NCBI GenBank assembly: GCA_951406725.2
Contig: OX597824.1
Coordinates: 76,694,001-76,758,000, forward strand
From: Octopus vulgaris
Taxonomy: Eukaryota
DNA length: 64,000 nucleotides
Direction: 5' to 3'
Shown here: piece by piece, positions 13,100-23,831 of the stretch
Position numbering within the stretch: position 1 is the stretch's first letter
Layout: the number at the start of each line of letters is the position of its first letter
Position numbers and translations under genes: made by a program
Notes under the pieces: generated by a model
Database searches by the model: none
Seen by the model: only the letters and a program-made list of their open reading frames with translations
What the model was told of the DNA's origin: nothing

Positions 13100-13399
13100 A
13101 GAAAGTTTTTTTTTTGTTTACAACAGCCTCGCGAGACCCAGTGTGACGCGAAACTTCAGAGTAGTGAAAGACTTTAGGCTGAAGCGAGATTTCAGAGTGA
13201 ACCTGGGAAGATCAAACAGATGAAATGCTCGTCTCCAAAACCGATAAATGATGCATTGATTGTGTTTAAAGAAGAAACAAGAGTACCACAAGGTCCAGTC
13301 ATTGTTGGGGTATGATGTTCTGTGCGTCAGAGATCCTGAAAGCAATGCTATCGGAATGCAAACTCTTCGTAGGGCCCTCACATACTGGATAATTTAAAG

Positions 13400-13688
13400 C
13401 AAAGAAGCCAGATTAATATGGGCTACCTCTTTCCAGAAGTAGAAATGGGTTTGTGTTGGGCCGATACCAACCTCCTAAAATAAAGCAAAGTTACAAATGG
13501 ATCGATAATTATTTAAAACCAAAAAGATCTGGAAGAGGAAGGTTTTCCTTTAAGGATAGATATGAGGCAGAGTTTAAAAGCAACAATCCAACTAGAGAGA
13601 AGCAGGAAAAACAACCCCAAACAGGCACCAGTGGAAAAAATTCGTCAATGAATTATGTTCCATTGAGAGTGAAGAGCATAAGTAAGTA
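13400..13688 (+). mobile_element. RTE-clade LINE 3' end, degenerate
   Basis: KRSGRGR-like remnant and a terminal tatgttccattgagagtgaagagca(taag)2 tail. Confidence 0.5.
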
Positions 13689-14016
13689 AAAAAAAAAAAG
13701 ACCAGTACGCTTTTGTATTATACATGTTGTTGCTGTTGTTGTTGTTGCTTACCCCCAAATCAAACTTATCTAGGAAGACCTATAAGAAAAAAGTTTTCCC
13801 AACTCTGAAACATATATGTAGTTGATTTTGATCTGTACACCTTGATATATTTTCGGTTCATTTCGCTTACATAACATAGGTTAAAGGGAGAATATGTGTG
13901 TGTATATATATTATATAGTATTATGTATATATTATTCATTCAGATAACATATATGTAAATATATGTATACGTACACACACACGCATATATATATATATAT
14001 CTGTCAATTCTATCAA

Positions 14017-14579
14017 TTGGATTGTCTGGAAAGTTCGTGCCGATTTTTAGTAGCTTACCTTCCGAGTTATTTTAGAACATGGTTGAGTCCATAAAATAGG
14101 ATTTGACTACACTTCCATTTAGAGCACAGTTTTTCGTGGAAGAAGATTTATGTTCCTAGAACCTTTGTTAATTCTGTAACCCTTTAAAATGGAAGATTTT
14201 AAAAAAGAAAGTTCATTTTCGGCACTTGATGCTTTAGGAACCAGACAAAAATTTCTGCAGCTCGGTTGGGATGTGTTACCCCACCCTCCATATTCACCAG
14301 ATATTGTTCCTTCGGATTTCCACTTATTCATATCTCTGCAGGATAGTCTTAATGGTAAAAATTTCAATTCGTTGGATGACGTAAAAAGATACCTTGATGA
14401 ATTCTTTGCCATGAACCAACCTCAATTCTGGGAAGAGGATATTTTCAAGTTAAAGGAAAGATGGAGACGCATTGTGCAACAAAATGGTCCATATTTGGTT
14501 GATTAAAAATGTAATGGCAAGTATTTATTGACCGTTTTCTTTCCTTTAAAAATCGGTACGAACTTTCCGGACAACCCAA
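14017..14579 (+). mobile_element. Internally deleted mariner element
   Basis: TIRs ttggattgtctggaaagttcgtgccgatttt / aaaatcggtacgaactttccggacaacccaa+TA. ORF 14189-14506 fuses the transposase start to LGWDVLPHPPYSPDIVPSDFHLF...RW. Confidence 0.9.
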
Positions 14580-14594
14580 TATTTATCTAAATGT

Positions 14595-14659
<65 letters not shown>

Positions 14660-15211
14660 AGTGTGTGTGTGTGTGTGTTTCAAAAGTTGCACAGAAGGAC
14701 GACAAAGAGACGCAAGGAAAATTCCCATGCAAGACGTGAACTTGCTCTTCCTCGTTAGTTATTGTCCAAAAGTCTTAACAAATTCGCGTCCTTAACGCTT
14801 AGATTATACATTTTAGTGGCCTCAGCAATAAAAAGCTGCTGGGAATAATTTGAGCAAACGTAAAGGAGAGCGACGAACACAAATAAACAAACAACACAGG
14901 TAATGGGTACATAAATAAATAAACTCATACAAATAAAGACCTTACAGCCTTGAAGCAGCAGAAGGACAAGTAACGCTAATGGAAAACTATGTCCTATAGG
15001 ACTTTCAGCGGAAAGTACAGAGATAGGACAGAAAGAAAGGTGGAAGAAATGGAAGAAATAGAAAAGAGACAGGACGAAAAGTGGAAAAATAATGATGAAC
15101 TCGAGATGAGTTAAATTTGTGACCTTCAAACTCGAAACGTTCGAATGATCAGGAGTTTTTGCGTAGCGCAAATCTGATACGAATTGTGTATACATAAAAT
15201 ACATACGCGTG

Positions 15212-15243
<32 letters not shown>

Positions 15244-15298
15244 TGTATGTATGTATGTATGTGTATGTATTTTATATATTAACAATTTGAATCATACA

Positions 15299-15334
<36 letters not shown>

Positions 15335-15373
15335 TGTATATATATACAGGAGACTGTCAGAATAATGTAGACC

Positions 15374-15414
15374 CCTCTGATGAGAACCCAAGAAGGTTCG
15401 AAAATCGATTAAGG
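15374..15414 (+). ncRNA. Minimal type I hammerhead ribozyme
   Basis: ccu-CUGAUGA-gaacc caagaa gguuc-GAAA-aucgau-UA-agg; palindromic stem III (AAUCGAUU). Lies next to a TA tract and just upstream of a SINE. Confidence 0.88.
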
Positions 15415-15422
15415 TTATTCAT

Positions 15423-15808
15423 AGGCGCAGTAGTGGCTGTATGGTAAGTAGATTGCTTACCAACCGCATGGTTCCGGGTTCAGTTCCACTGCGTGGCACC
15501 TTGGGCAAGTATCTTCTACTATAGCCTCGATCCGACCAAAGCGTTGTGAGTAGATTTGGCAGACGGAAACTGACAGAAGCCCGTCGTATATATGTATATA
15601 TATATACTTATATATATGTATGTGTGTGTATGTGTTTGTGTCTGTGTTTGTCCCCCCACCAACATCACTTGACAACCGATGCTGGTGTGTTTACGTCCCC
15701 GTAACTTAGCTATTCGGCAAAAGAGACCGATAGAATAAGTACTGGATGGCGATTTGCTCGATTAAAAGACCATGGCCGCAGTCAAATGACTGAAACAAGT
15801 AAAAGAAT
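15423..15808 (+). mobile_element. tRNA-derived SINE family B (internal TA/TG tract)
   Basis: gtggctgtatggtaag...ggttcagttcc head. Other copies lie at about 8275-8630, 21375-21560, 33835-34125, 45117-45565, 46072-46227, 53110-53452, 55855-56035 and 60885-61050. Confidence 0.85.
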
Positions 15809-15815
15809 ATATATG

Positions 15816-15857
<42 letters not shown>

Positions 15858-15890
15858 CTAAGTATGTATGTATGTATGTATGTATGTATG

Positions 15891-15944
<54 letters not shown>

Positions 15945-16264
15945 CCCTAGGAAGCATCGACGCCTTCAATGTGTGAATGAAAAGATTGTGTCACCAGCCC
16001 CTTCCCACCCGCGTGTAGCCAAAACAAGATGCTGTTCCCGTGATGGGAATAATTATCAATTACACCAAGTGTCTTCGGATGTAAAAGCACATTTAAGTAA
16101 TACCAATAAGGGTTTAGCAACGAATTGCCTTACCACATACCGAATTTAGAAATAGCAGTCAAAGAGTTATAGCTATTTCTTCTACTATAAAAACAGCAAT
16201 TGGAAGGCAGACACAAACAGGTAAGAGAGAATGAATTGACGGCAATCTATCATACAATTTTAAG

Positions 16265-16363
16265 TTATCTACGGACGTATTTCGAAATCAAGTTCTTAGG
16301 AAAGCATAAGAATTAAATATTAGATAATTCTATCTACCAAAACTTCTTCTTCAGCGTAGATAA
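16265..16363 (-). ncRNA. Type I hammerhead ribozyme with extended stem/loop II
   Basis: uuaucuacg-CUGAAGA-agaag...uuuc-GAAA-uacg-UC-cguagauaa; perfect 9-bp stem I. Lies within a TA-flanked insert at about 15940-16488. Confidence 0.8.
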
Positions 16364-16485
16364 ATTCTAAATCTCTCGTAGAGACATAGGCGATAGAATA
16401 TACTGTCCATCTAACACGAACGTGACAGTAGGGGTACACCACCGCTGTATGCCTCCTGATGGCTTTGACGCATTTTTCCCTGTGT

Positions 16486-16519
<34 letters not shown>

Positions 16520-17046
16520 GCATGTAAGAACGGGGGGGGGATAGAGAGAAGTTGTCACGCACGCACAGCATGGACACCGCTGCATCGCTACCGTTACAAC
16601 CTCCACTATTAACCACCACCTTCCTACATACACACATAAACACACACAGATATATGCGCACGCATTCACACGCACTGTCACGTTTTGTCTGGATTGGTTT
16701 TCCGGAATATGTGTCGATGTTCGTTAATCAGTGATCTATCAAATAACAATTACAACACTTGAGCTGCTCCATAAATTGCAAGCAAGCCTGGAACAGCTTC
16801 ATTTATATCTTTGGCTGGTACATTCTCAGCGATTTAATCGGCTTCGGCCCCCCAAGACTGACACCCGCCCGCCCGCCCAGCCACATACCCCACGACAACG
16901 GTAACAGCAACAACAACAACAACAACAACAAGCACTCCCACCACCACCACCACCAACATCAAAAGGATTCATCACCTCATTATCTCACCGAGTAACCACC
17001 TCTCTATATCAGTCTTAAAATTTGTTCACGCCCACACACAGAGATG

Positions 17047-17107
<61 letters not shown>

Positions 17108-17493
17108 ACACACACACACACACACTCAAACACACACACACTCAAACACACACACAAACACATAAATCGTTTACGCCACCTCTCCATCGCCATTTCGTCT
17201 CACCGCTTCGGCCATTTGCCCACCTACCTGTTTCGCCAACTCACCATCTCACCAGGTCTCCACCTTTGCAATCTCGCAATCCTACTAACTCTCCATAACC
17301 ACAACCATCACCACCACCACCACCACCGACAACAAAAACAACAACAACACTTGCCACTTCGCTACCTTACTATTCCGCCATCTTGCCAGGTTCTCATTTT
17401 GTTCTGCCATGCAACAACATCCTTATCTTAAACCGATAACCTCATCATCTAGATATAATGTCTTTGTTCGTTTTGAATTGTCTCTCTCACTGT

Positions 17494-17551
<58 letters not shown>

Positions 17552-18032
17552 GTGTGTGTGTGTGTGTGTATGTGATTGTGTGGGAGGAACGATATATTGT
17601 GTGGTTATAGAGGCAGATAAGTATATTTGTATGATTGTGCCTCTTGGACGTTGTGTTGTGATGTGTGTGTTTGTGCGTGCGTGTGTGTGCGTGTGTGTGT
17701 GTGTGTGTGCGTGTGTCTCAATGTCAAAATGATAATTGCCGAAAGAGAAAGTAAATGATAACAAAGAGGGAAAAAGAGTGTAGGAGGGTGATAGAAGTGA
17801 CACTAGAACCTTAGGAAATAAACATATGTCCATGTGCATGCGCACACGCAAGCGTAAGTGTGTGTGCGCGCTCATGAGTGTGTGTGTGTGTGTGTTAAAT
17901 GAGGTATTTCCTCGTATTTAATGCAAAGACTTTAATACTGAAGTATAAAGGTCAATGTTGTGGGCTAGCATTGAGATGTAAAATAAGATAAGGAAATATA
18001 ATAACATTAGTTTTCTTTGATACAAAACACAG

Positions 18033-18079
<47 letters not shown>

Positions 18080-18189
18080 TATAAGCATGTATGTATATGC
18101 ATTTAAGCATGTATCTATAATATAAATTGGACATGGGTGATTGTTGTATCGCGTGAAAAATGGCACACTCGTGGAGATGGGTGCATAGA

Positions 18190-18477
18190 TTGGAATGCGA
18201 TTTGTATTTTTTGCCTAGCCCCCATACTTACCGAGAAAATCGATTAAAACTTTTCTAATGGAATTCTCCTCTTTCTTCAGCCATTAAAACAACCAGTTGC
18301 TTAGAAGCTGTTTTCTGACAGCGTGGGGCCAGGAAATTTTTATACAGCTCGAAGCTCCAATCAAAACAGGGGACCCGAAATAATAAGGTTGAGAAACGCA
18401 GTAAGATTATGCCTAACCAAAAATGATCATACCCACATCATCCAAACAGACCGGGTGAAACCAAACATAGCTGCTAG
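18190..18477 (+). mobile_element. Possible Helitron 3' terminus
   Basis: ccgggtgaaacc...gctgCTAG|T with a decayed subterminal hairpin. Confidence 0.3.
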
Positions 18478-18495
18478 TATATAAATACAAGTGCA

Positions 18496-18559
<64 letters not shown>

Positions 18560-18768
18560 ATATATAAATATATGCATATATACATACATATATGTACATG
18601 CCTACATATATATGTATATATACATGCATATATGGGTACGGGACATCAAAATACGTGGACACAATGAGAAATCGAAAAATTAAAAACAAAAACATAGAAA
18701 CGAGACATGCAACAAAGAATATTCCCCTTCATCAGTTGTCACTCTTTCATCTACTCCGCGTTTCGAAG

Positions 18769-18873
<105 letters not shown>

Positions 18874-19773
18874 GACATTTTCTATCTTCAGCTCTACGAC
18901 ACAGATATTCTATTAGATATTCTATTACTCATATTAGCTACCAGAATTCAAAACTTATAGGTGTTTGACAGGACTGCTTGTGTATATAAAAGAGTTTCCC
19001 GTTTCGTTTATGGTAGGGTTTTTAAGAACGGAATCTTATTTCGAGAGAAATATCTAAAAATTACACTTTTGGACGCATTAGGAGTAAGTGAAATTTTGAG
19101 GTCTAACTAAAGATATAAATGAGATTTTCCCCAAATTTGTCGAGAGTATGACCATCACAGCCATGAGATATTCCCAACCCATCATCCTGGTGTAGACTAA
19201 TATATAGGAATAAAAATGCATATACATGTGTGTACGTTTGCATATGTATATGTGTGTATGTGTGTGTGTATGTATATGTGTGTATGTGTGTATGTATGTC
19301 ATGTCCAGATAGCGTCCACGGAGGCAGTGACGCGCATCGAAATCTAATCAATCAGTCTTCTTCTTAATAGCTTGTCACTTTCAGAGAACTCTGGATTCTA
19401 AACATTATCTCCCTTCCTCATGTAACGTTGTCCGAAATATTTGTTCACTCTTCTCTCAAAGACAAAATGACACCAATAAATCAGGCATTTATCTTCTTTG
19501 GTGTTTCATATAAATTTATTCGTATTTATGCACATGCACATATATATGCTTGCATTCACACACACACATATTTGAAAGAATGAGTAGTGATAGCTTTTCT
19601 GAGGGTATAATTTTTATTTTAATCTTAATAAGAATGTTCAAAGTGAGTTACTCTGATATGAGTTTCAAGCTTTCAACTAGCCGTTTTCAAACCAAACAGC
19701 TTGAAAAGGGCTATTTGATAGCTTGAACCTCATATCAGAGTAGCTCACTCTCAACACTATTACTAAGATTAAA

Positions 19774-20210
19774 GGCTATAAAGCTACAGTAACACCCCCT
19801 CCCAAATGTGGTTAGCCATGATAAGATGGCTTCTATACTTTACATTACTGTAGGGTACTTTACATTACTGTTTCAATCTCATTCTGAGATTTAATTATGC
19901 TTACTGTTCGTTTTTCGACATCAGTGGCAGACGCCATTAGAAAAACTTATATATATTTGCAAAGAAGCCTTCACTTTCATCGCGACCTGGTGGTTACCGC
20001 CCGTTGATGAGGGACAACAATCCCGAAACTAGTTCGAGCGTATCACTCAGGCTTGTGAGGAAGGGATGGCCTCCCTTTGCAAATACTCCAAGGACACAGA
20101 TATTGTGTCTAAAGCCAGCTAGAGACGAAGATCTCTTGGGGCTATAAAGCTACAGTAACACCCCCTCCCCAGTGTGGGTAGCCATGATAAGATGGCTTCT
20201 ATACTTTACA
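19774..20210 (+). mobile_element. About 1.2-mer of a roughly 366-nt hammerhead-containing unit (retrozyme/pLTR-like)
   Basis: About 70-bp direct repeat starting ggctataaagctacagtaacacccc at 19774 and 20140 brackets the hammerhead and the conserved hairpin motif. Confidence 0.7.
19998..20040 (+). ncRNA. Hammerhead ribozyme, variant or degenerate core (UUGAUGA)
   Basis: cgcccg-UUGAUGA-ggga caacaa uccc-GAAA-cuag-UU-cgagcg; C3U change and one stem I mismatch. Confidence 0.65.
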
Positions 20211-20497
20211 ATATAAAATAAAAATTATCTCCTCAAAAGAAGCCATGTTTACTCATTCTTTGAAATATATTTAATACTGTACCAAGAACTTGCTCTTTAT
20301 TATTCTACTATATATATATCCTATGGGCTTCTTTCACTTTCCGTCTACCCTCTGTTCGGCCGGAGGCTATATTAGAAGATGCTTGCCCAAGGTACTACAC
20401 TGAACCTGGGACTGAACCCGGAGCTATGTCACTGAAAGAAGCATAGGAGCTTTTATGAACACATTCTGGGGCGTTTGTCCAAACCAAACTAAACGGA

Positions 20498-20570
<73 letters not shown>

Positions 20571-20571
20571 G

Positions 20572-20603
<32 letters not shown>

Positions 20604-20864
20604 TATATGAAATAAATGCGCCCTTTTAAAGCCTGGCCAGGCTCATGGGCCCGGTTTCCCGGTTTCAATGGCGTATCTGTTCCTCAGCTGGACGGGACGC
20701 CAGTCCATCGCAGCGTTACTCAATTTTGCCAGCTGAGTGGACCGGAGCAACGTGAAATGAAGTGTTTTGCTCAAGAACACAACGCGTCGCCTGGTCCAGG
20801 AATCGAAAACACAATCTTACAATCGATCATGATGCTGATACCCTAACCACTAAGCCACGCACCT

Positions 20865-20903
<39 letters not shown>

Positions 20904-21551
20904 AACATAAACTGTTTATCACGCTTTATTGCAGGTCAAATTTTTGTTCATATTTTGAATATTACACATTGTACATATCTTTTGCTATTCTTCGGTAGCG
21001 TGTTTCATTTTTACAATAAAATAGTGTTAGAACGATAATTCTTTGTTTCATTACCTTAAGTTGACATTTTCGTACAACTGCAATAAAGCCTGATACAGAG
21101 TTTGTCTGTAGGTGTGTGCACACCTACATAAATACGGACATACGTTCGTTCATACGTATATATGTATGTATATGTGTGTAAATTGAGCACGTATACAGCG
21201 TTGGCGATCGATTCGCTATTGAGTAGGAACAGTTTTTGCGTCTGTGGTTGTAAGTGGATATGTACGGCTGTATTTTCGGGGAAGGTGTGTTGCTGTGTTG
21301 AACTTTTCTTAGTGTTATATCGATTTGTGTTGCACGTCTGATTCTATCCTTTATTTATTATGTATATTATTCTTTTACTGTGGCAATGCTGGAGCACCAA
21401 GTTTAGTCGAGCAAATCGACCCGAGGACTTATTATTTGTACGCCTAGTACTTATTCTATCGGTCTCTTTTGCCGAAATGCTAAGTTACGGGGACGTAAAC
21501 AAACCAGCATCGGTTGTCAAGCGATGGTTGGGTGAACAAACTCAGACACGT

Positions 21552-21590
<39 letters not shown>

Positions 21591-21591
21591 C

Positions 21592-21905
21592 TGGGTAGTG
21601 TCTGTCAATGAGGGTGTTTTGGAGTTCTTGTAGTCTAAAGTTTCTGGTATTTTTTCTGACACTATGGTGCATACCCTTCTTGCAAGGTTGAAGTGGGTGT
21701 TTGTTTTGGTGTGTCGTAGGTGTCATGAATTAAATAGTTGATATTGTTTGGCGTCTGTGGTTTTGTAAAATATGTCCCTTTCTATTTTTAGGTTTAGTTT
21801 TTTTAACTAATGTATCCAAGAATTGGAACTCCTCTTTGTTGTATCCCATTGTGAATTGTATGTTAGGGTTGACGCTGTTCAATGGTCTTTTGAATTCCCG
21901 GGCTG
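21592..21905 (-). pseudogene. PLE reverse transcriptase C-terminal fragment (non-Naiad, Neptune/Penelope-like)
   Basis: LNSVNPNIQFTMGYNKEEFQFLDTLVKK, then in a shifted frame DIFYKTTDAKQY...FNLARRVCTIVSEK. Confidence 0.75.
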
Positions 21906-21939
21906 CCACCAAAACTACATAGGGTCCTCGGGATTATCG

Positions 21940-22520
21940 CTCAGACGCAGATGCGCTCTGCATCGACAGCAGATTGCATTCCAGAATACAGAATGATAAC
22001 TTTTAGTGAACACATTGGCAGATGCGCAAAACCAATGCTACCACAATCTGTAATCTTTTCATTGAATCAATGTGCTACTGGAACACCAACACAAGTTAGA
22101 TTAAACAAGGAAACCTACTTCATTGAAAAATATAAGCCCAAACTTAACTATTTCTAGCATTTTTAAATAAGGAAACTTACCTCATTGAAAAATATAAACC
22201 AAAACATAACCATTTCTAACATTCTATTCTATCAAAACCAAATCATATTAAATTAACAAAACCTAATCATTCCCAACATTCTTTATTATCTCTATTTTAC
22301 AGAAATAATCTCTGATTACCTTTCCCTGTTTCGAATTCTTCTACATCACACCATAACGAATAGATGACACAACATCGGTAAAGAAATTTGAGAAATTTGA
22401 AAAGAAAATGTGAAACCGGTTATTTCTACCAAAACAATGGCACTATACACAAAATTTTATATCATTTTCCTAGCATGACGATTTTAATATATTTTTAACC
22501 ATAATATACAAATCTATTTT
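21940..22520 (+). mobile_element. PLE 3' end (GIY-YIG tail plus UTR), inverted relative to the adjacent RT fragment
   Basis: ORF ends RLNKETYFIEKYKPKLN, a typical PLE C-terminus, partly duplicated at about 22168-22220. A degenerate hammerhead-like motif lies at 22391-22427, and the element ends in a TA tract. Confidence 0.62.
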
Positions 22521-22533
22521 GTTTTATATATTT

Positions 22534-22565
<32 letters not shown>

Positions 22566-22754
22566 GCTACGCATAGTACTGCTGTAGTACACGTGATGCG
22601 TACACTTCTACAACACCGTTTTCTTTACGTGCTATAAAGGCAGAAATAGATCTGCCGTCAACTCAGTCGCGTGTCTGTGTTTTGCTTATTTTTTTGCGTG
22701 TTTTACTACATAATAGTCACCAAATCACATACATGCATATATATATATATACAT

Positions 22755-22785
<31 letters not shown>

Positions 22786-22816
22786 ATTATTAATATTAGG
22801 GAAGTCTCTTAAACCC

Positions 22817-22870
<54 letters not shown>

Positions 22871-23103
22871 ATATATATATATATATATTTGTTGAAATGG
22901 AAAGATGAATTTTCTTGTTACAGATTATTCAAAAGTTTAACCGATACCTGGGTAGCAAAAATCATAGCAGAAAAAAACATGGTTGGAGATAAGACCATAT
23001 GGTGTTGCAACCGTGCGTTGGTGCGGATAATTGAAGTTTAATATAATTAGTGAATGGAAGAAATGGAGTTGAACGAAGATTGTACAGAATTCCTTTTATT
23101 ACA

Positions 23104-23183
23104 TTCTACACATGTTTCAAAGGCCACAATTTTCCAAATTCTGATTAAATAAGGATACCATATTGCAGCTTTCTCTTCAGGAA
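23104..23183 (-). ncRNA. Type I hammerhead ribozyme in the PLE 3' region (pLTR)
   Basis: Minus strand reads uuc-CUGAAGA-gaaagcugcaau...auuguggccuuu-GAAA-caugug-UA-gaa: intact core, 3-bp stem I, long stem II, minimal stem III. Confidence 0.75.
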
Positions 23184-23831
23184 AAACCAGGAATTACGTT
23201 GTCAGAACAAAACAAAACAGAGGCGCAGCAAAGCAATTCGAACGAGGACGCTCCCTAAGAGCCCATGGGTAAACTGTTTATCAATGTACGTTGAAATCGG
23301 AGGGTTGGTGGGGGCCGACAAAAGGTCCGTTGGAATACTTACAGGTCAGGCCGCGGTCAAATCTAGTAGGTGAGGAATTAATGAGAACAAGGGGTGTTGA
23401 GATGTTCTGTGTGACCAAAACTAATGTTCTGAATATTTAAAGAATACAGGGTGTATTTTTTAGGGGCGAGACAAAACCTACCTAAAAGCATGTATGTGTA
23501 TACTAGCCTATGTGTGCGCCCCCGTATGTTGGCGAGGGGCGCTAGATAATGAGCACTGCTGAAAAAAGCCTGTCAGGCGGCTGAAAAAATTCTGTGTTCG
23601 TGTGTTCGTCTGTGGCCTGCTTGTCTAAAAATTAACATCGTCAAAGAATCATAAGGGCATATAATTCCAGCGTTTGCTTATAAAAAACACAAAACCGACC
23701 AATCGCCTAAGGGGAGTAATTTCCCCTTGCAAGAGTTATTCAGAGATTTTTTTAAAAAGTTTTTTCAAAAAATATTTCCAAAAAATTATTTTCATTTTAA
23801 TAGGGTAACAAGGTGTTAATTGTCTTAGGTA

